The notes: a model not told the origin generated them from the sequence alone. 64,000 nucleotides of DNA from Octopus vulgaris (GCA_951406725.2 OX597815.1:16120001-16184000), one strand, 5' to 3'; shown: positions 40,907 to 55,246, numbered from the stretch's first letter. Numbers and translations: made by a program.

Positions 40907-43469
40907 CATCATCATTTAACATCCGCTTTCCATGCTAGCATGGGTTGGACGGTTCAACTGGGGTCTGGGAAGCCAGGAGGCTGCACCAGGCCCAGTCTGA
41001 TCTGGCGATGTTTCTACAGCTGGATGCCCTTCCTAATGCCAACCACTCCGTGAGTGTAGTGGGTGCTTTTTATGTGCCACCGGCACAGCTGCCAGAGACG
41101 GGACTGGCAAACGGCCACGGTCAGATGGTGCTTTTTACGTGCCACCGGCATGGGGGCCAGGCGAGGCTGGCAACGGCCACGATCGGATGGTGCTTTTTAC
41201 GTGCCACCGGTGCGGGGGCCAGGCGAGGCTGGAAACCATTATTTCATTCTTCATTTGGTTTCAATTTTCATTTATATTTGATTATTATCCTTATTTGTAA
41301 TTGTAGTAGGTATAGTGGTTGGCGTTAGGAGTGGTTGGCGAAGTGGTTGGCGTTAGGAAGGGCATCCAGCCGTAGAAACACTGCCAGATCTGACTGGGCC
41401 TGACGAAGCCTTCCAGCTTCACAGACCCCAGTTGACCCGTCCAACCCATGCTAGCATGGAAAGCGGACGCTAAACGATGATGATGATGATGATAGTGTAA
41501 TTAGCACACCAGGCAAAATGCTTAGCTGCATTTCATTCATCTTTACGTTCCAAGTTCAAATTCCACCAGGGTCCACTTTGTCTTTCATCCTCATGGGGTT
41601 GATAAGTAACATTTGAATGCTGGGGTCAATGTAATTGACTTATCTCCACTCCCTGAAATTCATGGCATAATGCCAATATCAACAGTATATCATGCTGATA
41701 TATAATTGTAATGTCACTGTAGTGCATGATGTCTAGAGATGGACCTTATTATGATGTGGAATCTCATAGTTATTTTAATATCCATCCCCCTCCATTCCAC
41801 TCCCCCAGTCAGGAATTATAACAACACAAGTTTATATCATTTGTTCGCTATGCACATTTCACTGTTGTGGTTGCTTGGAGACTCTGCATTGGCTGTTTGA
41901 AGTGAATTGGATGCTTAGCCACATCAGACATTTGATCTTCGTAATATAATACAATAAAATGTTTCCCTTGTGATTTGTTATAAAGGATCCAGTTGCATGT
42001 AGAACATCCAGTGCAGAGGTTCCAAACAGTCACAATGGTAAAATGTATGTAAGGAAGAAACGATAACTCCAGTTTATCATAGTTTCTCTTAAATTCGCTC
42101 CGTATATCATAACCAGTAATACTACTATGTATAGTAGTCACCAAACCACTAAACTGGAAGCAGACTGGATGACGATAATCTACATTAAGCTCTTAACCCA
42201 GCAGTAGTAGTCTAACTGTACATACTGTATATATATATGAAGCACCACCCGACTGTGGCTGTTGCCAGCTTTGTCTGGCCCCTGTGCCGGTTTCACGTAA
42301 AAAGCACCATCTGATCGTGGCCGTTTGCCAGCCTCGTCTGGCACGTAAAAAGCACCCACTACACTCACAGAGTGTTTGGCGTTAGGAAGGGCATCCAGCT
42401 GTAGAAAAACTGCCAGATCAGACTGGGCCTGGCGCAGCCTTCTGGCTTCCCAGACCCCGGTTGAACTGTCCAACCCATGCTAGCATGGAAAACGGACGTT
42501 AAACGATGATGATGATGATGATGTGTGTAGTTCTTTGCTGGCAACAAAGAATCCCTTCTCAATTGAAAGCAGATTGTGTATTTGTGTGCTAGCAAAATAA
42601 GGGCATTAAATGCAGAGGATGTGCAATGACTGAGAAAAAATGAAGCTGATTTGAACTGAAAGAAAAACTGAGGATAAGAGGAATTACTGTTGTATGCAAG
42701 AGAAGAGATTGCACTGGTGACGGTATATATGAAGATAATAGTTGGATAAATAAGTGCCAAACTGAGGAGAATTAGCCTGCAAAAGATGACCAAGGAAGGC
42801 ATAAATTGTGAATGCTGGCCTCAGGATAGCAATGACAAAGGACTTTTATGTGGCATGACTCTGCTGAAGCAGACCCATCCAATGTATACCAGTATGGGAA
42901 AAGAAATGCAAAGTGTTGATGTCCATGAGTGACTTACTACCTAATCAGTTCGTTTTGAACAAATATTTAACATAATTTTAAAATCCTCATGTATGGATCA
43001 AATGGAAATTGTAGTTGTGATACCTGTGCTGGTGGCACGTAAAAAGCACCATCCGAACGTGGCCGATGCCAGCGCCGCCTTGACTGGCTTCTGTGCTGGT
43101 CGCACGTAAAAAGCACCAACTGATCATGGCCGCTGCCAGCCTCCCCTGGCACCTGTGCCAGTGGCACGTAAAAAGCACCCACTACACTCACAGAGTGGTT
43201 GGTGTTAGGAAGGGCATCCAGCTGTAGAAACGCTGCCAGATCAGACTGGAGCCTGGTGCAGCCTCCTGGCTTCCCAGACCCCGGTCGAACCGTCCAACCC
43301 ATGCTAGCACGGAAAACGGACGTTAAACGATGATGATGGTTGAACAAATCTCACCAACCTTTCAGCTTTGCCTTAGGTTGGAGAACACTGAATGAGTATA
43401 GTACTGGTAGTCTCCAGTTCTATACTCTTGAAATCTCTTGTAGGTATTTTTATGAAATTCTGGGCTGAA

Positions 43470-43755
43470 GACAAAGTGCAAATATGTTTGAGAGAGAAAT
43501 TGGGCATAAGAGGCATCAGATGTAGTGTGCAAAAGAAAAGACTGCACTGGTGTGGTCATGAGATGCATATGGATGAAGAGAGTTGCATGAAGAAGTGCTG
43601 ATTGTTTAGTGTAGAAGGAAGCTGTGGAAGAGTGAGACCCAGGAAGACATAAGATGAAGTAATGAACACTGACTTCAGAATATTAAGTCTCATGAAGGAG
43701 ATGACAAAGGACTGAGATGATTGGGTATTTTGCTGTGCTTAAGAAGACCCATCGA
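43470..43755 (+). mobile_element. RTE LINE 3' ORF2 fragment
   Basis: LREKLGIRGIRCSVQKKRLHWCGHEMHMDEESCMKKC, same family as 39018-39230. Confidence 0.8.
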
Positions 43756-45722
43756 TCTCATCAAGAAATCAACCAAAAGCATATCATTTATATCTATGTC
43801 TCTGCACCCAATCAGTCCCTGTCAAACCTTCTTCACAACTCATTTTCCTAACACCTACTCCACACCCCCACTGTCACTCTTTTAACTATGACATTACTTG
43901 CTGAAATTATATGAAATCAGAACTACATATATTTCATTTCCCTTCTGCACTACCAGTTATCCCTCTCCTTGGAATCACTTCCTTTGTCACCCATCCCATG
44001 TTTTCAATATTTCTTACCACTTTATTTTCCACTGAATACCCCTTTCCCCTGAACGTATCTTATTTCTTTACTGCCCACAAGGGGCTACACACAGAAGGGA
44101 TAAACAAGACAAGTACAGACAAACAGATTAAGTCGATTATATCAACCCCAGTGCATAACTGGTACTTATTTAATTGACCCCGAAAGGATCAAAGGCAAAG
44201 TCGACCTCAGTGGAATTTGAACTAAGAACATAGTGACAGACAAAATACCTATTTCTTTATTGCCCACAAGGGGCTAAACACAGAGGGGACAAACAAGGAC
44301 AGACATAGGTATTAAGTCGATTACATCGACCCCAGTACCTAACTGGTACTTAATTTATCGACCCCGAAAGGATGAAAGGCAAAGTCGACCTCGGCGGAAT
44401 TTGAACTCACAACGTAACGCAGACGAAATACGGCTACGCATTTCGCCTGGCGTGCTAACGTTTCTGCCAGGTCGCCGCCTTAAACATATCTACCATCATT
44501 GTCCTTTTGATTGTCACTATATCCATCATCTCCCTACACTAAACTGCTGCCCCCGCCTTATGTACTGCTACTTATCTGCCTGATCCACTCCTGTTTTCTT
44601 TATTCTTCCTCTCAAACAGACTTAGTATTGACTGCATCACCTGTGTCCACTACTTATGGCCTTTTGAACCCACAAATTTAATTTGCAGTTTATTCATTTG
44701 AGAACCATTGGCTTTAGAATCACCTGTATTCCTTTTGAAAACATTTACTGTTATACTGTTGCATTCTTTTTGATGAAGCAGTGTCATTAAAACTAGCTTT
44801 CTATTGAATGAAAATTGTTTACTGATAGCGGTCTCATGACAGATTTAAACCATCCATATTCTGGACTGAATATTCTTTATTAATACTATTGGCAGAAGTC
44901 AAAGTTATATAAAAAATGATCTAATCAAAATGATGGACTGTTTCAAGCATAAGCTTTTAGAAAAGAAAGAGTACAATCTTGTTATTTTTAGAGCCCCACA
45001 CTTTGGCATAACCCCTCTTTAGCAGCACATCTCAGTGGCTTTTACCTATGGTCCTTATCTTAACAATGTGCTCTTGCTTTGGCCTCATTCATGACTCACA
45101 CTTTTCATTTGTTTTACAGAACTGCTTGTTTTGAGTTACACATCTCACGTTTTTCATTTCTCTACTTAGACTAGGCTGTATGTCAAATCTTTGGGTGCAG
45201 TTCATATTATTGATACTAGTAACAAATACAAGTTTTTTTTTTTTTTTATAACTGACTTGCTACATCATCATCATCATCATCATCGTTTAACGTCCGCTTT
45301 CCATGCTAGCATGGGTTGGACGGTTCAACTGGGGTCTGGGAAGCCCGAAGGCTGCACCAGGCCAGTCAGATGTGGCAGTGTTTCTACAGCTGGATGCCCT
45401 TCCTAACGCCAACCACTCCGAGAGTGTAGTGGGTGATTTTATGTGCCACCGACACAGGTGCCAGACGAGGCTGGCAGACGGCCACGCTCGGATGGTGTTT
45501 TTTATGTGCCACCGACACAGGTGCCAGACGAGGCTGGCAGACGGCCACGCTCGGATGGTGTTTGTTACGTGCAAAAAAAAAACAGCAAAAGAAAGAGCAA
45601 CCAAATTTAAATAGCTTTTCATGCTGTAGTGTGCATTCAGTTGATGTGGTACTGCAGCAGCATACTTTGAACTGTGATACACCATTTTACTATCAGTTTG
45701 TTGTAAGCATTAATATGTGTCC

Positions 45723-46085
45723 TCATCATCATCATCATCATTGTTCGACTGTGGTCGAGACAATGGAATTTACCATGCTATGCCAGACTTCACGGTCCAT
45801 CATGGCATTACGGAGGTCCTGTTGCTGGATGCCTGTATCCCTGGAGATTACATCAGGGTAGGAGAGTGTGCGCCCTCTGGCATTGCGAGTAGATGGCTTC
45901 CAGAGGAGAAGAGTAGAAATTACCTCTTTTTCAGCTCTACAACAATGTCCAGCAAACTGGACTCTCCTACCTTTCACAGGAGATGACACAGGTGGTAGTT
46001 TCCCATATATTTGCATTTTGGTTGGATGGCGCTTCCACGAGAGATTTTGAGCTCTCATAAGGAGGCGAATGTAGGTTCCATCCAA
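45723..46085 (-). mobile_element. RTE-like LINE 3' end (second family) with (GAT)n tail
   Basis: LLMRAQNLSWKRHPTKMQIYGKLPPVS..RRVQFAGHCCR..AMMDREVW; stop runs directly into tgatgatgat. Confidence 0.8.
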
Positions 46086-46367
46086 TAATATGTGTAGTTG
46101 TGGAGTTACATCTTTATAATTTTCTTATCTAGTTTATATAATTTTTGATTAGAGTTTTATGTGAAAGTAATTAAATAAGCTTTTTTGTGAAATTTATTTC
46201 AGAAAGGAAATGCAGTTATGTTTATATATGTGGTAATATGTCAAAATGAACTGAAATGATGACATCTCCATTTATTGTATCTGTTAAACAGAATTTAATC
46301 ATGGAAGCAAAATATATTATATGCTGATTTTGAATTAACATTTAAAAAATTGTTCTTCCAAATTCAG

Positions 46368-46819
46368 GGAAATTGTTGTTCTGGATGCACTAGAGACCAA
46401 CAGCCTTCAGCATCAACAGCAGCAACAGCAGCAAGTTGAAATAGTGAAAAATGTGGCATACTGTGAAGATGTTGAAACAGCATCATCTAATTGTCCTGCA
46501 GTGAAAGTGACGGATTTATGTCCTGCTCCATCTCCTGCTAAGAGCCCTCGATTAAATAGTTCTTTCCATTCAACTCATTCGCAAGTAGGCTTCTCAGCAA
46601 ATTCACCTAGCAACAGACAGCCTCTATTCAAGAACAAATGTGTGTCTTTATGGCAAGCAAATAATATGTCAAAGGCATTTGGGAGTTTAGCAAGTGATTT
46701 AGCTACTACCACTTGTCGAGTTGATGGTGGTGGGCCTTTGAATCAGGATACTTATTTCTTGAAGCACGAGGACATGAAGTTTCCACCATATGTGAAAGGC
46801 AATCAGATAAAGGATCCAG
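46368..46819 (+). CDS. SENP6/7-like gene, exon (EIVVLDALETNSLQHQQQQQQQ...KDP)
   Basis: CAG acceptor, open frame, donor G|GTAGG phase 1; SIM-like EIVVLD, short polyQ, SP motifs. Confidence 0.85.
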
Positions 46820-48052
46820 GTAGGTTAATTTCTGCAGTTGCATAAATGAGTATATGCTTTAGGTATCATGGTCATTGAAATTCTAAATTTAACTTTTTTG
46901 AACCCTGATGATTGGTATGTTAGTACCTTTTTGAAAATACATAAACACGAGCAGATGTCTACTACATTTTGTTTCTAAGTAATAATATGTTTCTACATTA
47001 TATGAATTAATTGCTGTTGTTAGAGTGTTGTGAGTCTTTGGCAGATGAATTTTCTCTGGTATTTTATACCATTTATAACTTTGTATATGATACTTGCCTG
47101 CAAATGCAGCTGTTGTTCAATTTGCTAAAAGGAACATAGCCCTCATCATCATCATCGTTTAGCGTCCGTTTTCCATGGTAGCATGGGTTGGATGTTTCAA
47201 CTGGGGTCTGTGAAGCCAGAAGGCTTCATCAGGCCTAGTCAGATCTGGCAGTGTTTCTACGGCTGGATGCCCTTCCTAACGCCAACCACTCCGTGAGTGT
47301 AGTGGGTGCTTTTTATGTGCCACCCGCACAGGTGCCAGACAGAGCTGGCAAACGGCCACGAACGGATGGTGCTTTTTATGTGCCATCGGCACGGGGGCCA
47401 GGCGAGGCTGGCAACGGACACGAACGGATGGTGCTTTTTACGTGCCAGCACCACCCTCTGTGTAAAATTCTCAATTGAGTTTCAAGATATTTTCTTGTTG
47501 TTACTGTTGTGCTGATTTGGAAACAATAGTTGCCAGTTGAATAAATGTGGATTGCGGTGATGGATAGTTGTGATGTGAATGTTTCTAATTATTAAAATAT
47601 TGGAGATTTTCAGTTAGAAAAATATGACAAAATGAGCTTACAAGGTGAAAATGATACTCGTTCAAATGTTAGTTATGATATTATACCAGGATTTGAGTAG
47701 CAATTCAGCTGTACACATGATGTCAGGGTTTAAACAGTTAAGGTTAACAACAAATCTAACAAACTGATGTAATTTATATAATGATTTAGGATGAAAATAT
47801 TTCAATATATTGGTGTATGTTGACAGCGTTCTTCCATCTTACATTTAAAGGGAAGCTTTTAGTTTTATAGAAATATAGAAAAAAAAACCCTATCCTTAGT
47901 TCACTTTTGTGTTTTGTAATGACAAAGCAGAACTTCTGATTCAGTTATTTTGCTCACCCCTTTTTTTTTTGTGTTTTTTGATCCACCTCACTGATAATTT
48001 ATAAAAAAATTCCAGCCTCAATCTAGAATGTATTCACATATCTGAAGTTTAA

Positions 48053-48273
48053 CCCTTTCGTTACCAACCAGGCTGAAACCGGCTCTGGCTCTGAGTACAA
48101 ATGTCTTGTTTTCATAAGTTTTAAATTAAAATCTTCCACCAAACCTAAGTTACAATTTATGTTCCTAAAACTAGCTGAATGATAACTAAGTTATTTTACT
48201 AAATTCTTTGTTGTATTTAAAATTCATTGAAAGAAACACAGAGCATCTCAAAATAAATACAGTAACGAAAGGG
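48053..48273. mobile_element. piggyBac-type MITE (copy 2)
   Basis: TTAA TSD; TIRs ccctttcgttac / gtaacgaaaggg. Confidence 0.92.
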
Positions 48274-48476
48274 TTAAATTGTTGGCCATAGGTCATTGCT
48301 GTCAGCCTGATTGTTGAATAAATTGTTCTGAGTTCTTATTATCTTGTTAGACTTAATAAGTTTATTGAAAACCACGTCATCTAATTATATTGTTTGTCTA
48401 GACCTGATTAGGTTTCCTTAATTAAAATATGTTTTTTTTCTTTTGTTTCTGTTATAATTAACCATTTTTCAATAAG

Positions 48477-48705
48477 GCTTGAAAACTTTTTCACTGTCTT
48501 ATACAGACTCTGTTGGCCAAGCAGAGAACTTGATGGCTTTAACAAACATTGGAGTTGGTGAAGTTCAGCACATGACTGGTGGTGGAGGTGGCAGCACCCA
48601 AACATCTCGTAGTAGTGTATTAAGAAATAATTCTGTTGAACAGTTTAGTACCACTCCAAAATCTTTACAACCAGAGAAATCTCCTCAGTGTAAGACACCA
48701 ACAAG
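48477..48705 (+). CDS. SENP6/7-like gene, exon (LKTFSLSY...CKTPT)
   Basis: AAG acceptor after T-tract, phase 1 in, AG|GTAAGC phase 2 out. Confidence 0.85.
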
Positions 48706-49294
48706 GTAAGCAACATTCTTCTCCAAGTTTATGATGTAATGATATTTCATAGTATTAGGAGTTCATATCCTCCCCTCTTCAGCTGTTTTTTTAGGATCTT
48801 TTGCACTCAAAAAAAGAAGTCAAAAGTATAAAAATAGTATTTTTAAATGTTAAAGCCTGTAGTCAAATGTAACATACACTTTGGTGTTATTGGTTACTAT
48901 GTGCTAAGTTATAAAAATTTAGTTTCATAATGTATTACCTCCTCATTGTAGTGCAGCCATTGAAAAGTTCTTTGTTGCTGTAGAGCATTAGTTTCCATGG
49001 ATTAACTGCTTGTTGCTGTGTCATAAAAAAACTGCAAATTACCATCACTGATGCTTTTACAGTTTCTTTCTTCATTTGTCTTTCTATACCAATAGGAGAA
49101 TGTAGGAAACATTTGATTTCTAGGTGGTGTCTTCAGTGTTTCCTACCTGATACAGACTTCAAAAATGAAAGCGTATAATATTGGTGGTATGAATGTTGTT
49201 ATATAGAGTATATAATGATTGTATATCTCAAATATTACAATATTCTTAGTATGAGTGTTGTTTATATAAAATATATTATGGATGTATATGTTAA

Positions 49295-49514
49295 CCCTTT
49301 CGTTACCAACCTGGCTGAAACCGGCTCTAGCTCTGAGTACAAATGTCTTGTTTTCATAAGTTTTGAATTAAAATCTTCTACCAAACCTTAGTCACAATTT
49401 ATGTTCCTATCACTAGCTTAATGATAACTAAGTTATTTTGCTAAATTCTTTGTTATATTTAAAGTAATTGAAAGAAACACAGAGCATCACAAAATAAATA
49501 CAGTAACAAAAGGG
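49295..49514. mobile_element. piggyBac-type MITE (copy 3)
   Basis: TTAA TSD; TIRs ccctttcgttac / gtaacaaaaggg. Confidence 0.92.
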
Positions 49515-50680
49515 TTAATTGTCTTGTGACATTTCTAAAAGATGCATTCTATTTAAAAACATTGGCTTGCTGTTAATAGCCACATTCTGCTTAGTTCATA
49601 AACAATACATAGGCATCCAGTTTATGAAAACCACCCAGTTTTTGTTAACAATGAACAGTGGATTTCAAATTAGGGGGAAAAAAATTTTAATTAACTGACA
49701 TGCATGGTTGTGATCCTAAATGTCATTGGGAGCCATATGAAGAACTATTCCTGGAAAACTAGTTCTGCTGCTAATCTCTGAATATATTAATCCTGCTATA
49801 AGTTTTTATTAATAGACTGTTTAGGGTAGTTGATTGGCAGGATTGTTAGTGTTGGGTAAAATATCTTAAAGTATTTTTTCCCAACTCTTTACATTCTAAG
49901 ATCAAATCCCAGTAAGGTTAACTTTACCTTTCATCTTTTGAGGTTAAAATAAAGTACCAGTCAAGTACTAAGTTTAATGGCATTGACTAATTGCCACCTC
50001 AAAAATGACAGGCCTTGTGTCAAAATTAGAAATAGTTATTATCAGACTGTTGATTTGTTTGATTCACAGCTAAAGCCATTTTCCTTTATCTGTGTTATTT
50101 ATTTGGAAGGACATAACTGTAATAACTTTGTTTCCTCTTGTAAAATTCCAAAATTTTCTAGTTGTTTCCTATGAAGAAACTTTAATAGTATTGTTAAGCC
50201 TCGTATAGCTCTCCTAACAGTTAATCCACTCAACAGATTATCTTATAAATGTTGTTGAGGAAGCAAAATACACCCAACTTCCTTACATTCCACCTCTAGA
50301 ATATTTTTATGTTTGCTCTTGAATAGCCAATAAGAAATATATCCAGAGTGTCTGCTTTTTTCATTACACAAGGAGCATGATATCTATGATTTTACTACAC
50401 TCTACCAGATTGATGATATTGATGTGAACTTTTGTTGGTTTATAAGCAAAATGTGAACTGGGAGGAATTCCAGAAGCTGCATTTTTTTCAGTGTGTCTTA
50501 CTACAAGAGTACCATACAAATAAGTTACAAGTAGAAACCAATGTGTTTCCTTTTATATTGTTTATTGAAAGTAGTCAAAATAACTGTTTTGCACTTAAAT
50601 TACAATGTTACTGAGCACTAACTTTGAAATAGATATAACACTATTCTAGTTAAGCAATGCAGCTATCATTGAACTAAAAT

Positions 50681-51139
50681 GATGAAACTAAATTTGTTTG
50701 ATTTATGTATCTTAAATTTCTTAATCTGCATATGTATCATAATTTGTGAATCAATGTAAAAAGAGTTTGCTCCAAAAATATGTCAGCATATTTGCTGGTT
50801 TTGTAGTGTTTGCTTCAATTCTGAATCTTTTTGGATGAAACTAAATTTGTTTGATTTATGTATCTTAAATTTCTTAATCCACATATGTATCATAATTTGT
50901 GAATCAATATAAAAAGAGTTTGCTCCAAAAATATGTCAGCATATTTGCTGGTTTTGTAGTGTTTGCTTCAATTCTGAATCTTTTTGGATGAAACTAAATT
51001 TGTTTGATTTATGTATCTTAAATTTCTTAATCCACATATGTATCATAATTTGTGAATCAATATAAAAAGAGTTTGCTCCAAAAATATGTCAGCATATTTG
51101 CTGGTTTTGTAGTGTTTGCTTCAATTCTGAATCTTTTTG
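50681..51139. repeat. Tandem triplication of a 153-bp unit
   Basis: Units start at 50681, 50834 and 50987 (gatgaaactaaatttgtttg...gaatctttttg). Confidence 0.95.
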
Positions 51140-52127
51140 AGAAAGCTAGCTCTTGTTTAAATTTTTTTCTGCCAACATGATATCTCTTTGAACTACTGGT
51201 AGAAGCCATTGGTTGTCATATTTTCATTTTCATTCAGGTTTCTGCATTTCTTTCTCCTCTAGCAAGCCTGCATTGAAAGGTTCTGCTGATTTAAATAGGT
51301 TGCATGAATTATTGAACCTGATGATATTTTACCACAGAATGAGCTTCCTGAAACAACCACTGTTGTTGATTTCAATTTTATTGAGGAACTGTTGCAATCC
51401 TATGGCAGAGGTTGAACTATCGTCCCACCCCACCTTACCATAACACTATAGGCAACTGATGATATTTTGATATTTAATCACACACAGTACTAAACAATGT
51501 GTCAAATTGGTGTTGTACAATGGTTACACATACTGTTGGTTTGACTACAGCAAAGAATGATGAATATTCATTTGTTTTATGTCCATGTTTGCAAGGGTTA
51601 GATGAATATATTATTGAGATATTGTTTTACTGCTGGATGTCTTTCCTGTTGCTAACCCTTGCCTGTTAGTCTCTTGCACTGCATGGCATTGAAAGTGTGA
51701 AGTTAGTGGATAATTTGACAGAATTGACAACACTGCTTGTATGTCGCAACTTTTGTAGAAGTGAGCACAAATGTAAAATGCATATACACGACAATCTCCT
51801 TTCAGTTTCCATCTTCCAAATCCCATCACAAGGCTTTGGTCAGCCTGGAGCTCTAGTAGAAGACTCTCAAATTGCTGTATAGTTGGGAAGCAAATTTTTC
51901 CACCACACAGCCATGCATACATCTATTCTGATATCAAAATGCTTCTTAGAACATGAACCTGAGAAATAGGATGTTTTCTTTTTTATTTGTTTGGATTTCC
52001 TTGTTTTTATGAAAATTTCTGATTTTATAGAACGTTTTCTTGAGTTGGATTTTCCAGGTGTTTCAGATTTTGGATTGTTTTATGTAGAGAATATTTTCAT
52101 TTTTGAAAATTATTCAATTTCTTGCAG

Positions 52128-52214
52128 AGAACAAACATGTGAAGCCAATTTGCAGCAAACCACATTCTCTTTCAATAGGAAATGGCCTCAGTCTCATATT
52201 AATGTTACAAGAAG
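52128..52214 (+). CDS. SENP6/7-like gene, exon (EQTCEAN...NVTR)
   Basis: TTGCAG acceptor, AG|GTGAGA donor, phase 2/2. Confidence 0.75.
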
Positions 52215-52769
52215 GTGAGAATGTCGTCTCTCACATCTTTTAGAGTTGATTTTCAGTTGGATTTCCATGTGTTAGTGTATTGTATATAAGATATTCTCAT
52301 AATATCATAGATTGCAGAGCTGAGTTTTCTGGTATTTCTTTATTCCCTTATTTAAATATTAAATTTAAAATTTATTTGAGGTGATAAATTTATGAATTTC
52401 AGGTTCCTAAAGAGAAGTGTAGTTTTTGGTACCTAATTAGTTTGGTTGTTTCAGTAACATGTTCTAATACTGCAAACACAGAATCCATGATTTATTTTTA
52501 AAGATTGGTCAGTGTCCTCCCCAACAGTCCTAAAAAGATTATTAAATTAAAGGACAGTTATATAATAAGGTTGTTTAGTCCCTGAAAGGCAGATAATTAT
52601 AAAAGTTTACTCTAAAAATTTATATAAGAGACATGGCAATGTGTAACCATAACAATTTAGTCTTAATCCTTCATTAGCATTAACATAAATGTTCCAGACA
52701 CTCTTTTCTAATGTACATTGAGCTATTTCTTCTCTACAAAGCTACTAGTTTATTTTTGTATCTTTTTAG

Positions 52770-52885
52770 CAGGAAAGCATTGAACAATAAGCTGGTTACA
52801 GACAACCCTAAACCTGAAACTCCAAATTCCATATCTCAAATTTCACAGGTGGAAGAAAAATCAACTGTGCAAAATTGTTCTAATG
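52770..52885 (+). CDS. SENP6/7-like gene, exon (RKALNNKL...NCSN)
   Basis: TAGCAG (NAGNAG) acceptor, G|GTAAAT donor, phase 2/1. Confidence 0.75.
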
Positions 52886-53189
52886 GTAAATTTTCTAAGC
52901 TTTTCTAATTATTCTGATCATCAGTCTTGAGCTTCTGGTAATAAATATTAATAGTTTTTCCTTTGGAAAGATGCATTTGTTTACTTAGCAGCTGAATCTG
53001 ATGTTACTCAAAATTTTCAATTCACAGTAGTTATTGTGCATATTATATATGAAAATTCTTTTGGTTTATTCTAGTTTTTAAAAGATATCTTTAAAATTAT
53101 CCTTAAAAATTACTGCAATTATGTTTTTAATATATAGTTTCCATTTTGTTCCAAATATTTTAACTTGAAAATAAATATGTATTTTTCAG

Positions 53190-53275
53190 TAAAAACAGTC
53201 AACTGCATTTTGCCAAATCAGGTAGAAGAAGTGTTTACATCTAAAATTGTTGCAATGGATGGAAGTCTAACGACT
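53190..53275 (+). CDS. SENP6/7-like gene, exon (KTVNCILPNQVEEVFTSKIVAMDGSLTT)
   Basis: TTTTTCAG acceptor, ACT|GTGAGT donor, phase 1/0; too short for the ORF track. Confidence 0.75.
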
Positions 53276-54860
53276 GTGAGTATATCTGTTGTCAACTTTA
53301 TATTCTCCAGTTTTCCTCTTTGTGTTTCACCTCAGGTGTGTTAGTAAGTAACGGGATTAAAACCGTTGAAGTGTCAGGTCATTTGGGAATATAGCTATAT
53401 ATTAATAGTATCAGAACAGATAGGAATTAGAAATTTTTTTACTATTCAGTTTTTAGTTTTCCTGACTAAGCTTATCAGCTACAATGATAATATCGAGCAG
53501 AATCAAGAAACTATTAGATCTTATCATCATCATCGTTTAACGTCCGCTTTCCATGCTAGCATGGGTTGGACGGTTCAACTGGGGTCTGGGAAGCCCGAAG
53601 GCTGCACCAGGCCAGTCAGATCTGGCAGTGTTTCTACAGCTGGATGCCGTTCCTAACGCCAACCACTCCATGAGTGTAGTGGGTGCTTTTTATGTACCAC
53701 CGACACAGGTGCCAGACGAGGCTGGCGAACGGCCACGCTCGGACGGTGTTTTTTTTTTTGTGCCAGATGAGGCTGGCGAATGGCCACGCTCGGATGGTGA
53801 CTTTTACGTGCCACCAGCACGGAGGCCAGGCAAGGCTGGCATGACCACAATCTTAGTAAAGTTAAAATGAAATTTTGCTTGTTTGTTTTCTTGTGCAGTT
53901 ATTTTGTTACCAGAAAATATACTAACTGGGCACTTGTTCAAAAATATATATTGTTAGTTAACTTCACTGGTAATGACATTTTATTTTTTTTTTAGGAAAC
54001 CTACATTTGTAGTTTCGTTGCAATTGTGTATCGTTGCCATATTTGAACTGAAGTAGCTACTAGAAATGTGCTTGAAGAACAAGCCACTCATGCATTTATT
54101 GAATTGAAAAAGTCTTGGTATTATTTAGTCTTCAGACCAATCTGATTGAACTAACTTATGATCTGAGGCAATCCAACTAGAACCATCTCATTTTGTATAC
54201 TCAAGACTATATTATCTAGTGTGCTCTTCCTTTTTTAAGGTCGCACTGTGTGCTTCGAAGGAGTTTTGTCTATTTTTAACAGGTTTAGCAGCCACAAAGA
54301 GGTTTCCTCATTGGCTCATAAGATTTGTTGTTGTTTAGCCTCAGGTCAACTCCGATTCAGGAGACATTTGATTGATGGTGTTCTAGTTGTACCCATTTTC
54401 TTTCTTGCTTTTTTTTTTCAAGCAGTGGGCTCCATTGTTCAATATGTCCTTCCTTCTCTATGGTAGCAAGATGTGATATTTTTAACAGATAGTGTACTAG
54501 CATAAAAGCTTCACCTTTGGTTCATTTGTTTGTACTGGCACACTGTAAATGTAGATGGACAGAAGTTGGCATGCTTCATTGACTGCATAACTTTTATCAA
54601 AAGTTATGATCTTTCATGTTGGCAGCATTGAAAAGAATGAAATGCCACTTCAGTTACATTATAGCCTTACATGTTAGTTATTTGTGCATTGCTGTTGTAG
54701 CAAACTTCATTTTGTTGAATGAAACCTGTTGTAATTCATTTGCATTGTCATTTGTTTCAGTGTTGGTTTTTGTGTGCCTTATCTTTTTAAATTAGCAATT
54801 CATACTTTGTGTCCCCTACTCTTTTGTCACCAGTCATTGTATATCCTCTTTATTTATTTA

Positions 54861-55246
54861 CTAGCAGTATCACCCGGTGTTGTTTTGCTCGGGTTTGTTT
54901 CGACCTTTTAGAATTGGAATTTTTGAAAAGTAAAAATTTTGCTTGTTATTCTCTTTTAGTGAACATTTTTCTGGTTGAAATACACCGAAAAACGGCGACA
55001 CAGCAGTAAAAAAATTGTAAAAAATAGGGATTTTCATAGAAAAAAAAGCACATTTTTGATGTAAATAATTTTTGGTATTAACATGGTCCAATTTGAATTT
55101 TTTTCTTCTACGGAATGAAGAGCAAGCCTTCTATCATACTCTAAATTTTGGTCAGCTTGCGCCGCAGGGTCTCGGAGGAGATAGTTTTAGTTGAAGGCTA
55201 CCAAACCTGCCATACACAGACAACTTCAGCTTTATATATATAGAGA
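54861..55246 (-). mobile_element. Non-autonomous Helitron-type element
   Basis: Same termini as 40084-40459 (a|ctagcagta..cccgg..ctcggg ... tttatatatatagaga|t) with a different interior. Confidence 0.75.
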
